Assembly: GCA_025558095.1 (NCBI GenBank)
Contig: JAIVFI010000008.1
Location: 434,001-498,000 of the forward strand
Direction of reading: 5' to 3'
DNA: 64,000 bases
Origin: Hyaloraphidium curvatum SAG 235-1
Taxonomy: Eukaryota; Fungi; Monoblepharomycota
Part shown: piece after piece, positions 24,401 to 42,120 of the stretch
How the letters are laid out: each line of letters begins with the position of its first letter
Numbering within the stretch: the first letter of the stretch is position 1
Made by a program: the position numbers and the translations under genes
The notes under the pieces: model-generated
Told to the model about the DNA's origin: nothing
Database searches by the model: none
What the model saw: the letters and a program-made list of their open reading frames with translations, nothing else

Positions 24401-25377
24401 ATGGTGGTCAGCTTTCATTCCCACAGCGGGCAGTTCTGCCGGCATGCCAAAGGAACTCTGGAGGAAGTGGTCCGCGAGGCCGTGGCGCGGGGATTCCGGG
24501 CGTATGGCCTCACGGAGCACATGCCGAGAGACCGGACCGAGGATCTGTACCCTGAGGAGGCGGACCTGACACCCGCGGACCTGGAACGGACATTTGGAGA
24601 CTTTGTTTCGGAAGCCCGGCGGCTGCAGAAGGAGTTTGGCGACAGAATCGAGCTCCTGGTCGGGATGGAGACCGAGTACATCAACGAGACCTCGTTGGAG
24701 CGCTCCCTCGAGCTCGTGGAAAAGCATTCCCTCGACTACATCGTGGGATCGGTGCACCACATCCTCGAGATCCCCATCGACTTTGACGAGGCGACCCTGG
24801 CGAGGGCGGAGGCCGCGTGTCTGGAGGCGGCCGGTCCCGCGGCCGGCACCGGGACCGAGGCGGCGTTCCGCGTGTACTTCGACGCGCAGTACCGCATGCT
24901 CCAGGTCCTCAAGCCGGCGGTGGTTGCCCACTTTGACCTTATCCGGCTGTTCCGGCCGGATCACCCGCTGAGCGACGAGGTCTGGGCGCGGATCCGCCGC
25001 AACGTCGAGTTTATCGTCCAGTATGGCGGCGTGTTCGAGATCAACACAAGCGGCTGGAGAAAGGGCCTCGCGTACGCGTACCCGCAACGCGACATCCTCG
25101 AGGTACGGTCACCGCGTCCGAGCCTCGAGATGCTCTCCTGACGTCTCGTCGCCGGCAGCACATCGTGGCCAGCAAGGGGCAACTGACGCTCAGCGACGAC
25201 AGCCACGGCCCGCTGCAGGTCGGCACGAACTACCACCGGCTCGCGCGGTACCTGGAGGAGGTGGGGGCGGCGGAGGTGCGCGCATCGCCGACGCGTCCGG
25301 GCACCATCGCGCGGCAGGAGATTGCCGCGTGGATCCAGTCTGCCGCGGGCGCGCCCGATGCCGATGGGGCCAAATAG
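24401..25377 (+). CDS. HIS2: Histidinol-phosphatase, PHP family, 2 exons
   Basis: SFHSHSGQFCRHA, GLTEHMPR, LVGMETEY, DYIVGSVHH, VAHFDLIRLF, EINTSG, LSDDSHG; intron 25103-25158. Confidence 0.92.
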
Positions 25378-25687
25378 AAGCGCGCGTCCTTTGGCACTCA
25401 GGTCGCGCCGGTGCCGCGCGGAGGTTCCCGCCGGTGCGCCCGCGAGCGGTCGGCGCTCCACGTCGGGACGGCCACCGACAGCACCGCGAAGAGGGCCACT
25501 GATACCATGACGGCAACAAACAGCCGCGACTGGTCCTGCTTGCGCATCGCGTTTGGCGGTGTCGGGGGGTGCCGACCAGACGAGGCGGATCGATGTGACG
25601 GGACGCGGCCCGCCGGCAGACACCGTCCTCCACCCGCCCTCGAAGGACCGCCGACCGCCGCCGCCGCCGCCCTCCGCCCACTCAGCA

Positions 25688-26611
25688 ATGTCGGGTTCCG
25701 AGCAGGCGTCGCTGCTGCTGAAGCGCCAGCTGAAGGGTCGGTCGGCCGCCTCCGCACACATGACCGCCCGCCTGACCCGCACGCCCCGCCCCGCGCCAGA
25801 GCTGCAAAAGGGGGGCTCGGAGGGCTTCTCGGCCGGCCTGGTCGACGACAACATCTTCGAGTGGGAGGTGCTCATTATCGGGCCTCCGGGTGCGGATCTC
25901 CCACCGCGGTTCCCCCCGGGCTGGGATTCATTGCCGGCCTACCGCCTGCCAGACACGCTCTACGAGGGCGGCTTCTTCCGTGCGCGCCTCAGCTTCCCGA
26001 AGGACTACCCCCTGAACCCGCCCAAGGTGAGCCGGCCCCGCCCAGCTCGCCTGGGACCTCGACGGTAACCGTGGCCCCGTGCAGATGAAGTTCGTGTCGG
26101 AGATCTGGCACCCGAACGTTTAGTGGGTCTCCGATGCCGGGCTTCGGAGGGTCGCGTTCTGATGGCCCATTCGCCGCTGCAGCCCGGACGGCGAGGTCTG
26201 CATCAGCATTCTCCACCCGCCCGGGGACGATCGCTACGGCTACGAAACGGCTGCAGAACGTTGGCTTCCGATCCACACCAGTGCGCCACGGCCGTGTCCT
26301 TTCTCTTATTCGGTTGCTCACGGTTTCTCTCCAGTCTCCTCCATCCTCCTTTCCGTTATCTCCATGCTCTCCTCCCCGAACGGTGACTCGCCAGCCAACA
26401 TCGAGGCTGCGGTACGTCTTTGCTCAGCTCGTTTTCCTTCGGCGGCGTCTCACCTCGCCGTCGGATTCGCAGAAAGAGTGGCGCGAGAGCCCCGCAGCTT
26501 TCAAGAAGCGGGTGCAGAGGATCGTTCGACGGAGCAGTGAGTTGTGCCGGTCAAACGCTTGACCGAAGCTGCAGCTGACGTTGCAATCCCTGTGCAGTCG
26601 AGAACTGCTGA
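25688..26611 (+). CDS. Ubiquitin-conjugating enzyme E2, UBE2G1/Ubc7/Cdc34-like, many small exons
   Basis: [79 protein letters not shown]; ends RRSIENC*. Confidence 0.92.
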
Positions 26612-26706
26612 CGAGCTGCGGAGGTATCCCGCGACGTCGTTCGCCATCCTGTACACCGACACGATCTGCGTCATCATTCCGTGGACAATACAAATGAATC
26701 AAGCAA

Positions 26707-29609
26707 TCAGCTAAGCAGAATCTGTTCGTCCTGGCGCCGGCGTGTCTTTATGGTCCCGGGCTTCGCCTGCGCCGCTTCGTGCTGGGCGAGCTCGCGCGGC
26801 ACCGTGGAGAGCGGGGACTTCGCGATCATTTGCTTGAGGTCGAACATGACGTCGGCGTCTGAAACCGGGTCGAGGAAAGTGATGGCCACGCTGTTGGGAT
26901 GGTTCATCGTCATGAGGGAGAGCGGGACACCTCGCAGCGCAATCCAGCTTACCCAGATTTGCCGGCACGACCCGTGCGCCCGATGCGGTGCGTGTAGTCC
27001 TCGATGTTCTTGGCCATGTCGTAGTTGATGACCAACGAGACGTTCTTGACGTCGATACCACGCCCGGCGACGTCGGTCGCCACCAGCACGTCCTTTTGCC
27101 CGGTCTTGATTTGCGCCAGCGACGCCTCGCGCTGGTCCTGGCTCTTGCCACCGTGCAGGGTTGCGACTCCATACTGTAAAAAGATGCGCGAGGCTCAATG
27201 AGCCGACTTCCACGGAAAGTAATCGACGGCTCGCTCACCCCAAGTCTCTCCAAGGCCTTGGCGAGGATATCGACGCCCTTCTTCTGGTTGACAAACACGA
27301 TGATGGGTGCCTCGTAGGCTTCGAGAAGCTCCAGAAGTCGGTTCCTGGGAATGGCAAACGGTCAGCGCGCGGCTTAGGCAACGCCAAACTGCCACTAACT
27401 TCTTCTTCTCCTCGCTCGCAATGAACTCCACGCGTTGCTCAACCGTGTCGACGGCCTTGCCTGCAGTGCCGATGGTGACCACGGCCGGGCGGCGCAGGTA
27501 CTTCCTGGCCAGCCTTTCGACGGCAGGCGGAAAGGTGGCGGAGAACATGAACGTTTGCCGATACTTCGACTTGATGCCGATCGTGCTCAGGAACGCCTCC
27601 TTCTCCTTCTGTTCGATATCCCCCTCCTCTTCGTCCGGCTTCATGTTGGAGACGGGGAGCTTGTCGAGGATAAAGTTGACGTCCGGCTCGAACCCGAGGT
27701 CGATCATGCGATCAGCCTCGTCCATCACCACGTAGGTGCACTGGCTCAACACGAGGATGCGCCGGTCCAAGCAGTCCTTCAACCGACCGGGGGTCGCGAT
27801 GACGATGTGCGCCCCGTTGCGCAGATTGAAGGCCTGCTCTTCCAGGGTGTGGCCACCGACCAGGGAAACGCAGGTGAAACCCATGGGCGCGGCGAACTTG
27901 ACGGTTTCCTGCTCGATCTGCTGTGCCAACTCGCGGGTCGGCGCGAGAACGAGAGCATAGGGACCTTGGGTCATGTTCTCCTCTGTGATGGGCGGCAGCT
28001 CGTTGATGTACACCAGCATTGGGATGACAAATGCCGCAGTCTTGCCCGAACCTGAGATCACCAGGCATCAGAGACGCTGTGCCACCCTAGCGGCGCTGCG
28101 CTTACCAGTCTCTGCGATCCCGATCATGTCGCGATTCTGGAGCCCGATGGGTATGGCCTGCCGCTGGATCGGGGACGGCTCCTTGTAGCCAATCTTGTCG
28201 ATGACGTCCAGGATCTTGGTCGGGATCGGCGATTCTCGCCAGAACCGCAACGGGATCGGGATGTTGCCGCCCTTTGTTGAGATGGAGAAGTCCTCCTTGA
28301 AGATCCGCCAGTCCCTCTCGGTCATCTGCTCCAGCGACTTTTCCGACCAGTGCCTGTCGTCGAACGCGACCTGCTTCTCCTTCCGCTTCTCCGTTTCCAC
28401 CAGATCCCTAAGGTGGGAACAGTTAGGCCCGGCCGGAACCAGCAAATTGAGGGCTCACTTCGCTCGAGACTTCTCCTCCTCACTCCGGCGCTTCTCCAAG
28501 AGTTCGTCGTAAAAGGCAGACCGCTGGCGCTTCTGCTCCTTCACATCGATTCCCGCGATGACCCCCCTGCCAAAGAGGAGAGCCTCATGGCGGTTGGCGT
28601 AAATGGGGTCGTAGTCCTTCGAGGTGTCCTCGTTGGCATCCCAGTCAAAAACAAACTTCCGCTCGTTCATCTTTCGGATCTTGCGCTTCTTGTGGTCGTT
28701 CCCCATATAGCGATCCTGTCGCAGCGAACTCACATCAGCTATGGCTGGCATCAAAGATTGCAGTTTGCCACCCACGCGAATGGCCTGCAGCTCGAGCTCC
28801 TTCGGGTCTGGGGCGGGTGCTTTGGCCGCTGCCGCTTCTCGTTCTCGCGGCGGCGGCGGTCGTCCGCGGTCGTACCGACCGCCGAACGAGTCGTTACGCC
28901 CTCCCTGGGGCCGTTGGTTTCGTTGCCCTGAAGCCAAGAACCAGGGTCGTAACTCGATGACGCGTTTCAGCAAGGGCCCGGACTCACGGCGCTCCTCCTC
29001 CGCCTTCCTGAGGAACTCGTCCCTCTGGGTGCGTTCCTCCTCCTGCTGCCGCCGCTGCTCCTCGACCTCCTTCTGACGCTTTTCGAGAGCAATCTTTGCC
29101 CGCTCCTCCTTTGTCAGGAATTTGGGCTGGGCAAGCGCCATGAGAAGGGAGGCAAGGGCGCGTTCCGCGGGAATCGTTCCAACCTTATCGGCATTTCGGT
29201 CCTCAGCCTGCTTCTTCAGAAGCTCGTCCAGCGAGAGCGGCACTCTAGGCCCAGTGCTCGAAGGGGTTCCCTCGCGAGCGCCGTTCGCAGAGCTGCCGTT
29301 GAGATCGTCGCGATTCTCAGGCTGCGCAGTTCCGTTGCTGGTCGGCCGGAGGCCGTCCGCCTTGGAATCGCGCTCCCGCGGCCCATCATCGCGCTCAAAG
29401 TCCTCCCTAGATCGCTTGCCCGTCGAACCGGGCCTCTCGAAAGACCGATCGCCATAATCGCGGCTGTTGCGACGCGGTGGGCTGTCCCAGCCTCCCCTCG
29501 GGCCCCCGTAGCCCCCGGAGCGGCCATCGTACGGCCGCCCATAGCCTCGGTCATCGTCGTATCCTCGGGAATCCCCGTATCTCCGTCCCGGCTCGTCGTA
29601 GCGGGACAT
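26707..29609 (-). CDS. PRP28: Pre-mRNA splicing DEAD-box helicase Prp28/DDX23
   Basis: [78 protein letters not shown]. Confidence 0.96.
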
Positions 29610-29730
29610 GTTGGCCACGTTTGGTTGCAGCGTACGCGTGAGCGTCCCGATCACCTCGGCACATCTGATCTTCCTCCAACTCTGTCCCCCAGCTTTCTTT
29701 CGACCTCCCTGCGCATCCAGCGACTGCACA

Positions 29731-31798
29731 ATGAGCGGAAAAGGACGCAAAGTCTACATCGTCGGCGTCGGAATGACGAAGTTCGAGAGTGGGATGCCTG
29801 CAGGACGGCCGACGGCCGGAGCGTTCTGACCGAACCCCGTCGCAGAACCCGGACGCCGCCAGGGTTGGGTTCACCTTGATGCTAGTCTCTAATCGATGCT
29901 AACTCGCGGTGGGAGGTTGGGACTATTTCGACTTCGCACTGGTATGTGGAAGGAGTATCCTGCGATTCGCCGGCCAGCAGCACGGTGCGAGCCGCTGCAA
30001 CGGACCCCTGTCTGACAGTGGCTCGCCTTACGCAGGAAGCGGGAACCAAGGCTCTTATTGACGCTAACCTGACCTACGACGAGGTTAGGTGAAGGCTGGG
30101 CGCCGTTCAACTGGTCTGACACGCCCCGAAGGTCGAGTTCGGTGCTGTAGGCTATGTTTACGGCGACAGCACGTGCGGACAGAGGGCGATCTACCAACTC
30201 GGAATGTCACAGATCCCCGTCGTGGTGAGCAGTGGTTTCTGCGTCGCGTTGGGTCGTTTTCTGACTGTTGAGTGTGCAGAACGTCAACAACGTGGGTCGC
30301 CCCTTCAACCCCCACCCGCACACCTAACCTAATCTGCTGCTATTCTTCTGCAGAACTGCAGCACTGGCAGCACTGCCATCTACCTCGCGAGGCAGGCGAT
30401 CGAGGGCGGGCTCTACGACTGCGCTATGGCTCTTGGTTTTGAGAAGATGTTCACCGGCTCGCTGCGCGGCTTCTTCACCGACCGCACCAACCCCGGCGAC
30501 TGGAGCGGCAAGATCATGGCCGAGACCCGCGGCGTGACCAAGGCTCCCGGTGCCGCGCAGATTTTCGGAAACGCAGGGATCGAGTACTGCGAGAAATATC
30601 CTGACACCAAGCCCGTTCACATGGCCATGATCGGGGCCAAGAATCATACGCACAGTGTTCTCAACCCTGTGAGCGTGGATCGAACCTGGGCTTCTGTTCA
30701 TATGCCAACGCACCATCCTCCCCGCCAGTACTCGCAGTTTAGGGACCCCGCCACGACGGAGGAGGTCGTCAAGTCCCGCACCGTGTTCGGCCCCCTCACG
30801 CTCCTTCAGGTGAGTCATCAGCCTTGCCCGCTTTACCTCTATTGACGTAACACACGTGCAAGTGCTGCCCCACGTCGGACGGTGCCGGAGCCGTCATCCT
30901 GGCCTCGGAGGAGTTTGTGCGCAAGCACCACCTCGAGCCCCAGGCGATCGAGATCGTCGCCCAGGTCATGGCGACCGACAGCATCAAGCCCATTTCGACC
31001 CGCAGCGCCATGGAGAACGCTGGGGCTGACATGACCCGCCGTGCTGCCGCGGACGCCTACAAGATCGCTGGCATCACCACCAAGGACGTCGGCGTCTGCG
31101 AGCTCCACGACTGCTTCTCGGCCAACGAACTCATCACCTGTGCGTTCAAACGCTGCGCCACGGCTTGGAAAGAGCTGATTCCGTGCCATAGACGACGCCC
31201 TGCAGCTGTGCCCCGAGGGCAAGGCCGGCGAGTTCATCGAGAGCGGTGCCAACACCTTCGCCAAGCCCGGCGCCAAGGAGCCTTCGATGCACAGGATTGT
31301 CGTGAACCCCAGCGGTGGGCTGATCTCCAAGGGTCACCCTCTCGGCGCCACTGGCATGGCTCAGGTAACTCGGTGTCTACTTTGGGAGTGGATGGCAGCT
31401 GAAGCACCGCCTTGTAGGCCACCGAGCTGACCTGGCAGCTCCGCGGCTGGTGCGGTGAGCGCCAGATTCCCAACCTCAAGTACGCCCTGCAGCACAACGT
31501 GGGCCTCGGAGGTGCCGTCGTGGTCACCATCCTCAAGAAGGCCGAGTTTGGCGGCGCGGAGAAGAATACCAAGGGCTGGCAGGACCCTCGCGAGCGCTTC
31601 GGGTACAACCCCGCCACGGATGCTAGGCTGGTGAGTGCAACCGCATCAGTGTTCGGGTCTGAAAGCAATGCAGAAGTTCTGATTCACTCTCCCCAAAAGG
31701 TCACCAAGGAGGATATCGCGAAGGTCCAGGCCAAGCAGGGGGCCCTGCCTTTCAACGAGGCGCTCTTCCCGTCTGCCGGAGGTGCCGCCAAGCTCTAA
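29731..31798 (+). CDS. SCP-x-type (SCP2) thiolase without SCP2 domain, many exons
   Basis: [90 protein letters not shown]. Confidence 0.93.
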
Positions 31799-31915
31799 TC
31801 AAGATGGCCGCCAGTGGTGGGAGGGCGTGGAGGACCGTGTGACAAACCGTTGTAGTGAGGGCCTCGGTGCCAAAGATATGAGAGCCCGTCGTGTTATCCG
31901 CACATCAATACACGT

Positions 31916-32401
31916 CTACTGCAAGTAAAGCGCACGCGTTCGGGCCGGTAGGAAGCTTAATCGGTTGTCCAACACGTCGTACGTTCTGGCGGCGCGTCCG
32001 AAATCAGCATCCACATCGTGCGGCCCACCGCACTACCCACTTTCGCGCCAGCTCAATCTCCAGCAGTATGGGTTTCAACGGCGTCGCCAGCATGACGACG
32101 CCGGCTACGGAGATCGCCATGCCCACCAAACACTCGGTGACGATCTGAAACGGCACGTCAGCCCCGAATCGCCCCCGAACGAGACAACGAGAGTGACACC
32201 AACATCTCCAGGCAGCACAGACTCAAAACGTTCCGTCGCTTTTAAGAACGCGATGTCTGCAGACGTGGGCGGAACGCGACGCGTTGGTGACCACCGCCAA
32301 GCTGGCTTCGGCCCGCGTGACAACACACGTTCTATCGCAGAGTATCCAGAATGGAGCAAGAGCAGGAGACCGAGGATCGTGAGGCCCCGCGCGACCAGCA
32401 T
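31916..32401 (-). CDS. EMC5: ER membrane complex subunit 5 / MMGT1 family, 4 exons
   Basis: GLLLLLHSGYSAIEH, LPGDIVTECLVG, LKPI, DNRLSF. Confidence 0.8.
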
Positions 32402-32477
32402 CTTCGCAGCGATGCCGATTCGGACTGAGATGTTTCAGTCATGCAGGCGGTCGACGATCGCACAAGCGTCGACGTAC

Positions 32478-34423
32478 ATGTCCCGGAAGAAGGTGCCCTG
32501 CCCGTCGTGCGGGTCGACGAAGTACACGCGGGATGCCCAGGGGTTCCTTGTCTGCCAGTATGGCCACCAGTTCCAGGTCCGGTGCCTAGGACGCGTGTCC
32601 TGTCTCCCGGTAACCGTCCCGTGCAGGACTTCCGGATCGAGGAAGCGGACGACTTTGACCCGCAGCGGGGACAACCGGGGAGGATCCGTCTTCAGAGACG
32701 ACCGGGCAAGCGGAGGGCAAAGAGCCAGGAGCGCGAGTCGTACCGGGACGGTCAGCTTCCTCGATCGGCTTCACCGTACTCCGCTCACTGAGTTTTCCAG
32801 TCGTGTCTTCGTCTGCGTGGGCTTTCCTTCACTATGAGGCGCTCCAAATCGTACTACACAAGCAGGTGACGGCTCTGGTAGAGGACATGGGGCTGCCCAC
32901 GGATCTGGAGGTGCTTTGCGATTCGAGCTTCAGGGGGTCGTTCGCTGATACGGGCCGATCGCGCTCCCCAGCTCCTTGTCCGCGACATTTGGCTCCTCTG
33001 TGTTACGAGCAAGAACGTGGACGCACCAGCAGCATCTGGTTACGCCGAAAATGACGACGTCGACCAGGGGGACGAAGCGGACGCCTTGGCAAAGGACGCT
33101 GTGGAGCTATCGGCGCTTGATACCGGATCTGAGGACTCGGACGAGGAGCGAAGCGGGGGCTCCTTATCCCGGCCCAAAGCATCCCACTCTAGTCGTCGAT
33201 CCATTCCGATTGAATGGACAGCGGCGACGCTCTACATTGCGTGCCGATGGCTCGGGCTCCCTATCATGATGGCCGACATTCATACGTATGTCCTGCATTG
33301 ATCCACGATTGCTGGCCGCTGATGATCGCTCAAGCCGGATATGCGATGGGAGATTGCCCTTTCTGAACGCCGAGCGTTGTCTTCCGGCGCAGATCGCCAA
33401 TCGGCTGTACGCCAAACGCCGAAGGACCTTCCACGTCGCAGTACGTGTTGGCTTGGATAGCACCTAGCCAGCACCTTGCTTATGGCCGCCTCCAGTCAGT
33501 TCCGTCTGTAACTGAGCTCCATGGCGCCGTGCGCGACATCGAACAGCTGCTGGCACCACACATGGCGCAAGCCCATGTGCCGGACATTCGGCCCCAGCTT
33601 GTCGCACGACTATGCCTTGAGTTAACGCTACCAGGTGAGAGTCATGCTGCCATGTCAGCCCTCGTTGCTTCTCACTTGTTTCGCAGTCGAGGCTTTCGCG
33701 CTTGCACGTTATGTAACCGAGCTCCTCGGCGGCGTCGTTCGGAATCCTGGCTCACGTCAGGTTCTGTGCGGTCGGCCTTGCTTGGATGCAGCTGGCTTAA
33801 TTCTTGTTGCGTTGAAGCTGTTGTTTGGTCTGGACGGCCGCCAAAGGTGAACATCCGTAAAGTGCCCGCAATCTGCCTGAGCTGAGGCCCCTATAAGAAT
33901 CGACGACACTCGAAAGCTTCTCCAACCTCCGCTCCCGTCGTCTTATGCTGTCGCCGCCTCATTGGGGAGCTCAAGCACCACTGCAGCAGGTCCCGCTGCT
34001 TTCCTCGCAATGGCCCGTGTTCAGCTAGGGGAGCGGCACCGGACAAAGAACGGTATGTGCAGTGTAGTCATCTCTCACCTTCACTTGCCGATCACCTCTC
34101 GTTGTCTGGCAGTGGAGGAGTTTGCATCTGTCAGAGGATCCACGGGATTGCACGCATCTGCTGACGCCTCGACACGCGTGCAGGACACGGGGGGTGTCAA
34201 TGTCGAGATTCCTCAAAGGCCCGGATCACCCATCAGTCTCACCAGAGGGGAAGGATACGTTGTTTTCGGCGCCTCAGACAGGACGGGGGACGTGCCAGCG
34301 CAATACGGGGCTGTCGTTGGCGGCCTGGCAGCAACCATACGATCCTCCGAGTTGGAACTGCATGACGCAGTTGGAGAATGGGACCGGCATCTTAGTTTGC
34401 TTGGCGAAGCATTCGAGCCGTGA
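32478..34423 (+). CDS. RRN7: RNA polymerase I initiation factor Rrn7/TAF1B-like, multi-exon
   Basis: N-terminal zinc ribbon CPSCGS...GFLVCQYGHQ; EALQIVLHKQVTALVEDMGLP; TLYIACRWLGLPIMMADI; 3' exon boundaries approximate. Confidence 0.72.
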
Positions 34424-34577
34424 ACCAGTGCTTTTTGAAGCAGCAAGAGCGGAGCGGGCCGAAAGCTGGTCGCGGAGCTTGAGGCTGCCCTGCCCTCATT
34501 CGTGCACTTCTATCCGGATCATGCGATGCACATCACTGCGGCCTCGCCTGTTCCTTTTACATGGTTTGCTAGAGTGA

Positions 34578-37080
<2,503 letters not shown>

Positions 37081-37195
37081 TTAGCGGTAAGCTGTTCTTC
37101 GTGACGGACGAGAATGAAGTTCGCGAATCGAGGACCCCGACGACGTCCCTGACGCATCACGGAAATGGAGCCCTCCCTCTCTTTCGCCACGCCAG

Positions 37196-38378
37196 CTAGC
37201 TAGCCAACTCCTTGGATTGCCGCGCAAACTCCTCCAGCACCTTGAGCGCAGCTCCGCCCTCTATGGATCTCCGCGCCAGGTCGACGGCCTCGGGCAACGA
37301 GGGCGCCTTGCCCGACACAAACAGCAACGCCGCCGAGTTCATCAGCACAAAGTCCCTGATCGGCCCCTCCAGCTTGTTCGAAAGCAGAGCACGCATGGTT
37401 TCGGCGTTCTCGGCCGGGCTCCCGCCCGAGACGGAGGCCAGCGGATGGGAGGACAGGCCAAAGTCCGCGGGAGATAGCGTCATCTCCTTGATCTTGCCGT
37501 CCTCCATGAGCCACACCAGCGTGTCCCGCTCTGGGCTGATCTGAGATTGGCAAGCGTCGTCAGCTTTCAATCCCATTGTGCGATCGCGCACAGCCCACCT
37601 CATCCAGCCCCTCGGTGCCGTGGACCACCATACCGCGCTCCACGCCGAGCAGCAGGAGCGATTCCGCCATCAGCGGCCCCAGAGCTTTCGAGTGGACGCC
37701 GACCACGACGCGCCGCGGCTTCGCGGGGTTTGTCAGCGGTCCGAGGAGGTTGAAGATGGTCGGGATGCCGATCTCCCTCCGGATCGGCGCGACGTGCTTC
37801 ATGGCCGGGTGGTACGTCTGCGCAAACAGGAACGCGAAACGACACCGGCGCAGAATCGCGGGAACATTGTCCGGCAGGATGTTGGTCAGCTGGCAGCCCA
37901 AGGATTCGAGCACGTCGGCGGAGCCCGAGGAGGACGAGGCGGCACGGTTGCCGTGCTGTCAACCGCGATCGGGGGGCAGATGGGCGTCAGCGAGGGGAAA
38001 TCGCGCTGCTGCGATGACGCAGCGCACCTTGGCGACCACGCAGCCAGCTCCCGCGGCCACCAGGCTGGACGCGGTCGAGACATTGAATGTGTTGTGGCCG
38101 TCTCCCCCGGTGCCGACGATGTCGACCAGCGAGTCCAGGATGTCGGCGTCCGCGGCGGCATCGAACGGGATCTGCAGCGCGTGGTCGCGCATGACCGTCG
38201 CGCACGCGGCGACGACGCGCGGGTCGTGGTCGCGGCCGTGCAGCTTCAGGCCGACCAGGAAGGCGGCCGCCTGCGCGGGCGTCGCGGTGTTGTCCAGGAT
38301 GTGCCGGAACGCCGTGCGCGCCGCATCGGTGAAGTCCCCGCCGGACGCCGCCGTCAGCTGCTTCAGCACGGCCTGCAT
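37196..38378 (-). CDS. TRP4: Anthranilate phosphoribosyltransferase, 3 exons
   Basis: DIVGTGGDGHNTFNVST, HGNRAASSSSGSADVLE, YHPAMK, PTIFNLLGPLTNP, VVHGTEGLDE. Confidence 0.95.
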
Positions 38379-38501
38379 CGCGGGTCGGAGAGGTGGGGAT
38401 GGTGGAAAGCAGGAAGCCCTTTGTTTCGCGCCAGGGTTTGGCGTTAATTCTAGGGTGACGCATCTCCCACCTCACCAACTCTCCGAACCACATTCCACAC
38501 G

Positions 38502-39693
38502 ATGGCGGACGCCGGAGGTCCGTTGGCTGGCATGGGAATCGCGCGGCGGCTGCTGACGGGTCCGATGCAGGCCGTGGCAGCTTTGGACGCGGGCGTGGGC
38601 GCGGGGACAGGGGCCGCGGCGACCGCGGGCGCGGGGACCGTGGCCGTGGCCGCGGGCGCGGCAGGGGGAAGGACGAGGAGAAGAAGGAATGGTGAAGGCC
38701 ATGCTGCGTTGTGGGGCCGGGCAGCGTCTGAAGAGCGGCCGGTTGCAGGATGCCCGTCACCAAGATTGGCCGGCTCGTCAAGGAGGGCAAGGTGGGGTCG
38801 GGCGACCCTGCCGGGCCCTGGCTCCTCTTACGCGTCGGTCGTCGCTGCAGATCAAGTCCATGGAGGAGCTCTACCTGTTCTCGCTGCCCATCAAGGAGTA
38901 CCAGATTGTCGACTTCTTCCTGCCCAAGCTGAAGGACGAGGTCATGAAGATTATGCCCGTCCAGAAGCAGACCCGCGCCGGTCAGCGCACCAGGTTCAAG
39001 GTGGGCAGCACCGGGCGTCGGGCTGCCGGCGTGTCGCTCACGGACGCCCCTCGTCTGCGCGAATCGCCGCTTCGGACCCGCTGTGTCGCCCATCCCCTGC
39101 CAGGCCTTTGTCGTCATCGGTGACTACAACGGCCACGTCGGTCTCGGTGTCAAGTGCGCGAAGGAGGTCGCCACCGCCATCCGCGGTGCCATCATCCTCG
39201 CCAAGCTCTCGGTCGTCCCCGTTCGCCGCGGTTACTGGGGTACCATCCTCGGTGACCCCCACACCGTGCCCGGCAAGGTCCGAGGTCGCCTGCAGGCCCG
39301 ACACGATGCATCTCCTGACTTTCGCGCCCCCGCAGATCACGGGCAAGTGCGGTTCGTCGATCGTGCGTCTCGTCCCTGCCCCCCGCGGCACGGGCATCGT
39401 CGCCGCGCCCGTCCCGAAAAAGCTGCTCCAGCTGGCGGGTATCGGGGACGTGTACACGCAGTCCCGTGGTTCGACCAGGACCCTTGGCAACTTCGTCAAG
39501 GCCACTTTTGCCGCCATCGCCAGCACGTACGGTTTCCTCACCCCGGACCTGTGGGCCGAGACCGTCTTCTCGAAGCCGCCGGCGCAGGCGCACACCGATT
39601 GTGAGTGCCGCGTCTCGCACTGCAGGCCGTAACCGACGATTCTGACCGCCCCGGCACGCAGTCCTGAGCCGCAAGGAGAAGCGCTACGCGTAG
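38502..39693 (+). CDS. RPS2: 40S ribosomal protein S2 (uS5), multi-exon
   Basis: RG-rich N-terminus, [53 protein letters not shown]. Confidence 0.97.
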
Positions 39694-39745
39694 GGGCGTT
39701 GATGTTTCATTGCCTTGTGAATGATACAGCGCATTGCCACGACGC

Positions 39746-40840
39746 TCAATCGCGCTTCAAGGGGTATACCTCCTTCTGGATCCCGTCCTTCCGCACGATC
39801 CAGATCTCCACGCTGTCGCCCGTGTAAATGTCCCGCTCCGCCGCGGACGTGAAGGCGTCCTTCACGATCTTCAGCACCCGGTCCAGCGGGAGCGGCGCCG
39901 GTACCACGCCGTCCTGGTTCTTGAAGTTGACCTGTGCGGGCGGACGTCGCGTCAGCAACGCCGGATTGTGCGGGGAGCGGGGAAGGGGCACCTGGTTGTC
40001 CAGCAACGGCTGGATGAGGGAGCCCGCAGAGCCGCCTGCCCTGCACATCTCCCGCTCGTACGAGCCCACGGGGTCGAAGCTGTACACGCAGCCCTTGCCT
40101 GCGCGCGAGGGTGAGACGCGATCGGGTGCAGCCCCGGGCGGCGGCGCCCCCCACCATCCTCGTCCACGCCGCCCAGCAGGTTGAAGGTGTAGTAGGGGAA
40201 GAAGCGCTTGGAGTAGAGGATCGTGGAGAGCATCTGCGCGATCGCGGGGGTGCCCATGCGCTTCTCGTGGTTGTGGTAGTACCACTGTCGCGCGAGGCCC
40301 CGTCAGCGCAGATCCAGGCAGCCGGCATCCGCGCGGTGTCCACCTCCAGCCGTTGCTCTATCCGCTTGACCAGGGCCACGCCGTCCGCGTACATGCCGCT
40401 CGTGGCCAGCACCGCGCAGTCCGTCCTGCGATGCGGGTCAGCGCCGCCGGGACGACCACGCGCGACGCCAGCGAAGCCCACAGCTTGTACGCCTTTGGTG
40501 CGTTGCGCGAGTTGATGCTGTAACCCTCGCTCTGGCGCGTGTCGCCAGCGATGACGCAGAAGTCCTCGCCGGCGATGGCCACGGTCGTGCCGCCATTGTC
40601 CTGCGGGGGCCAGCGGGTCAGCGGGAGGTTCGCAATGCGGTGCGACGCGTCCCACGGTGTACGGCGACCACCTTGGCGGGGTGCGGGGGCGTGCGGGGGG
40701 GAGCGGGTGCGGGTGGCAGCGGGGCGGGTCCGGGTGAGCGGGGCCGGGCGCGGCGGGTGTGCGGCCCACTGCGCGTGCTGCGTGCCCGCGGGCGCGTATG
40801 CCGGGGCCTGCTCGCGAAGAAGGTCGACGAGCGCGACCAT
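39746..40840 (-). CDS. PRE7: 20S proteasome subunit beta6 (Pre7/PSMB1)
   Basis: [66 protein letters not shown]. Confidence 0.95.
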
Positions 40841-40926
40841 GGCGGGGTGGTCTGGGGTGCTCTGACTGCCGCGGTGATCTCGTTGCGCGTGTCCTCCACT
40901 CCCTGCCCCACAGTCGGCCCCCCCCG

Positions 40927-42097
<1,171 letters not shown>

Positions 42098-42120
42098 AAG
42101 CCTCTGTGCCGAGATACCCG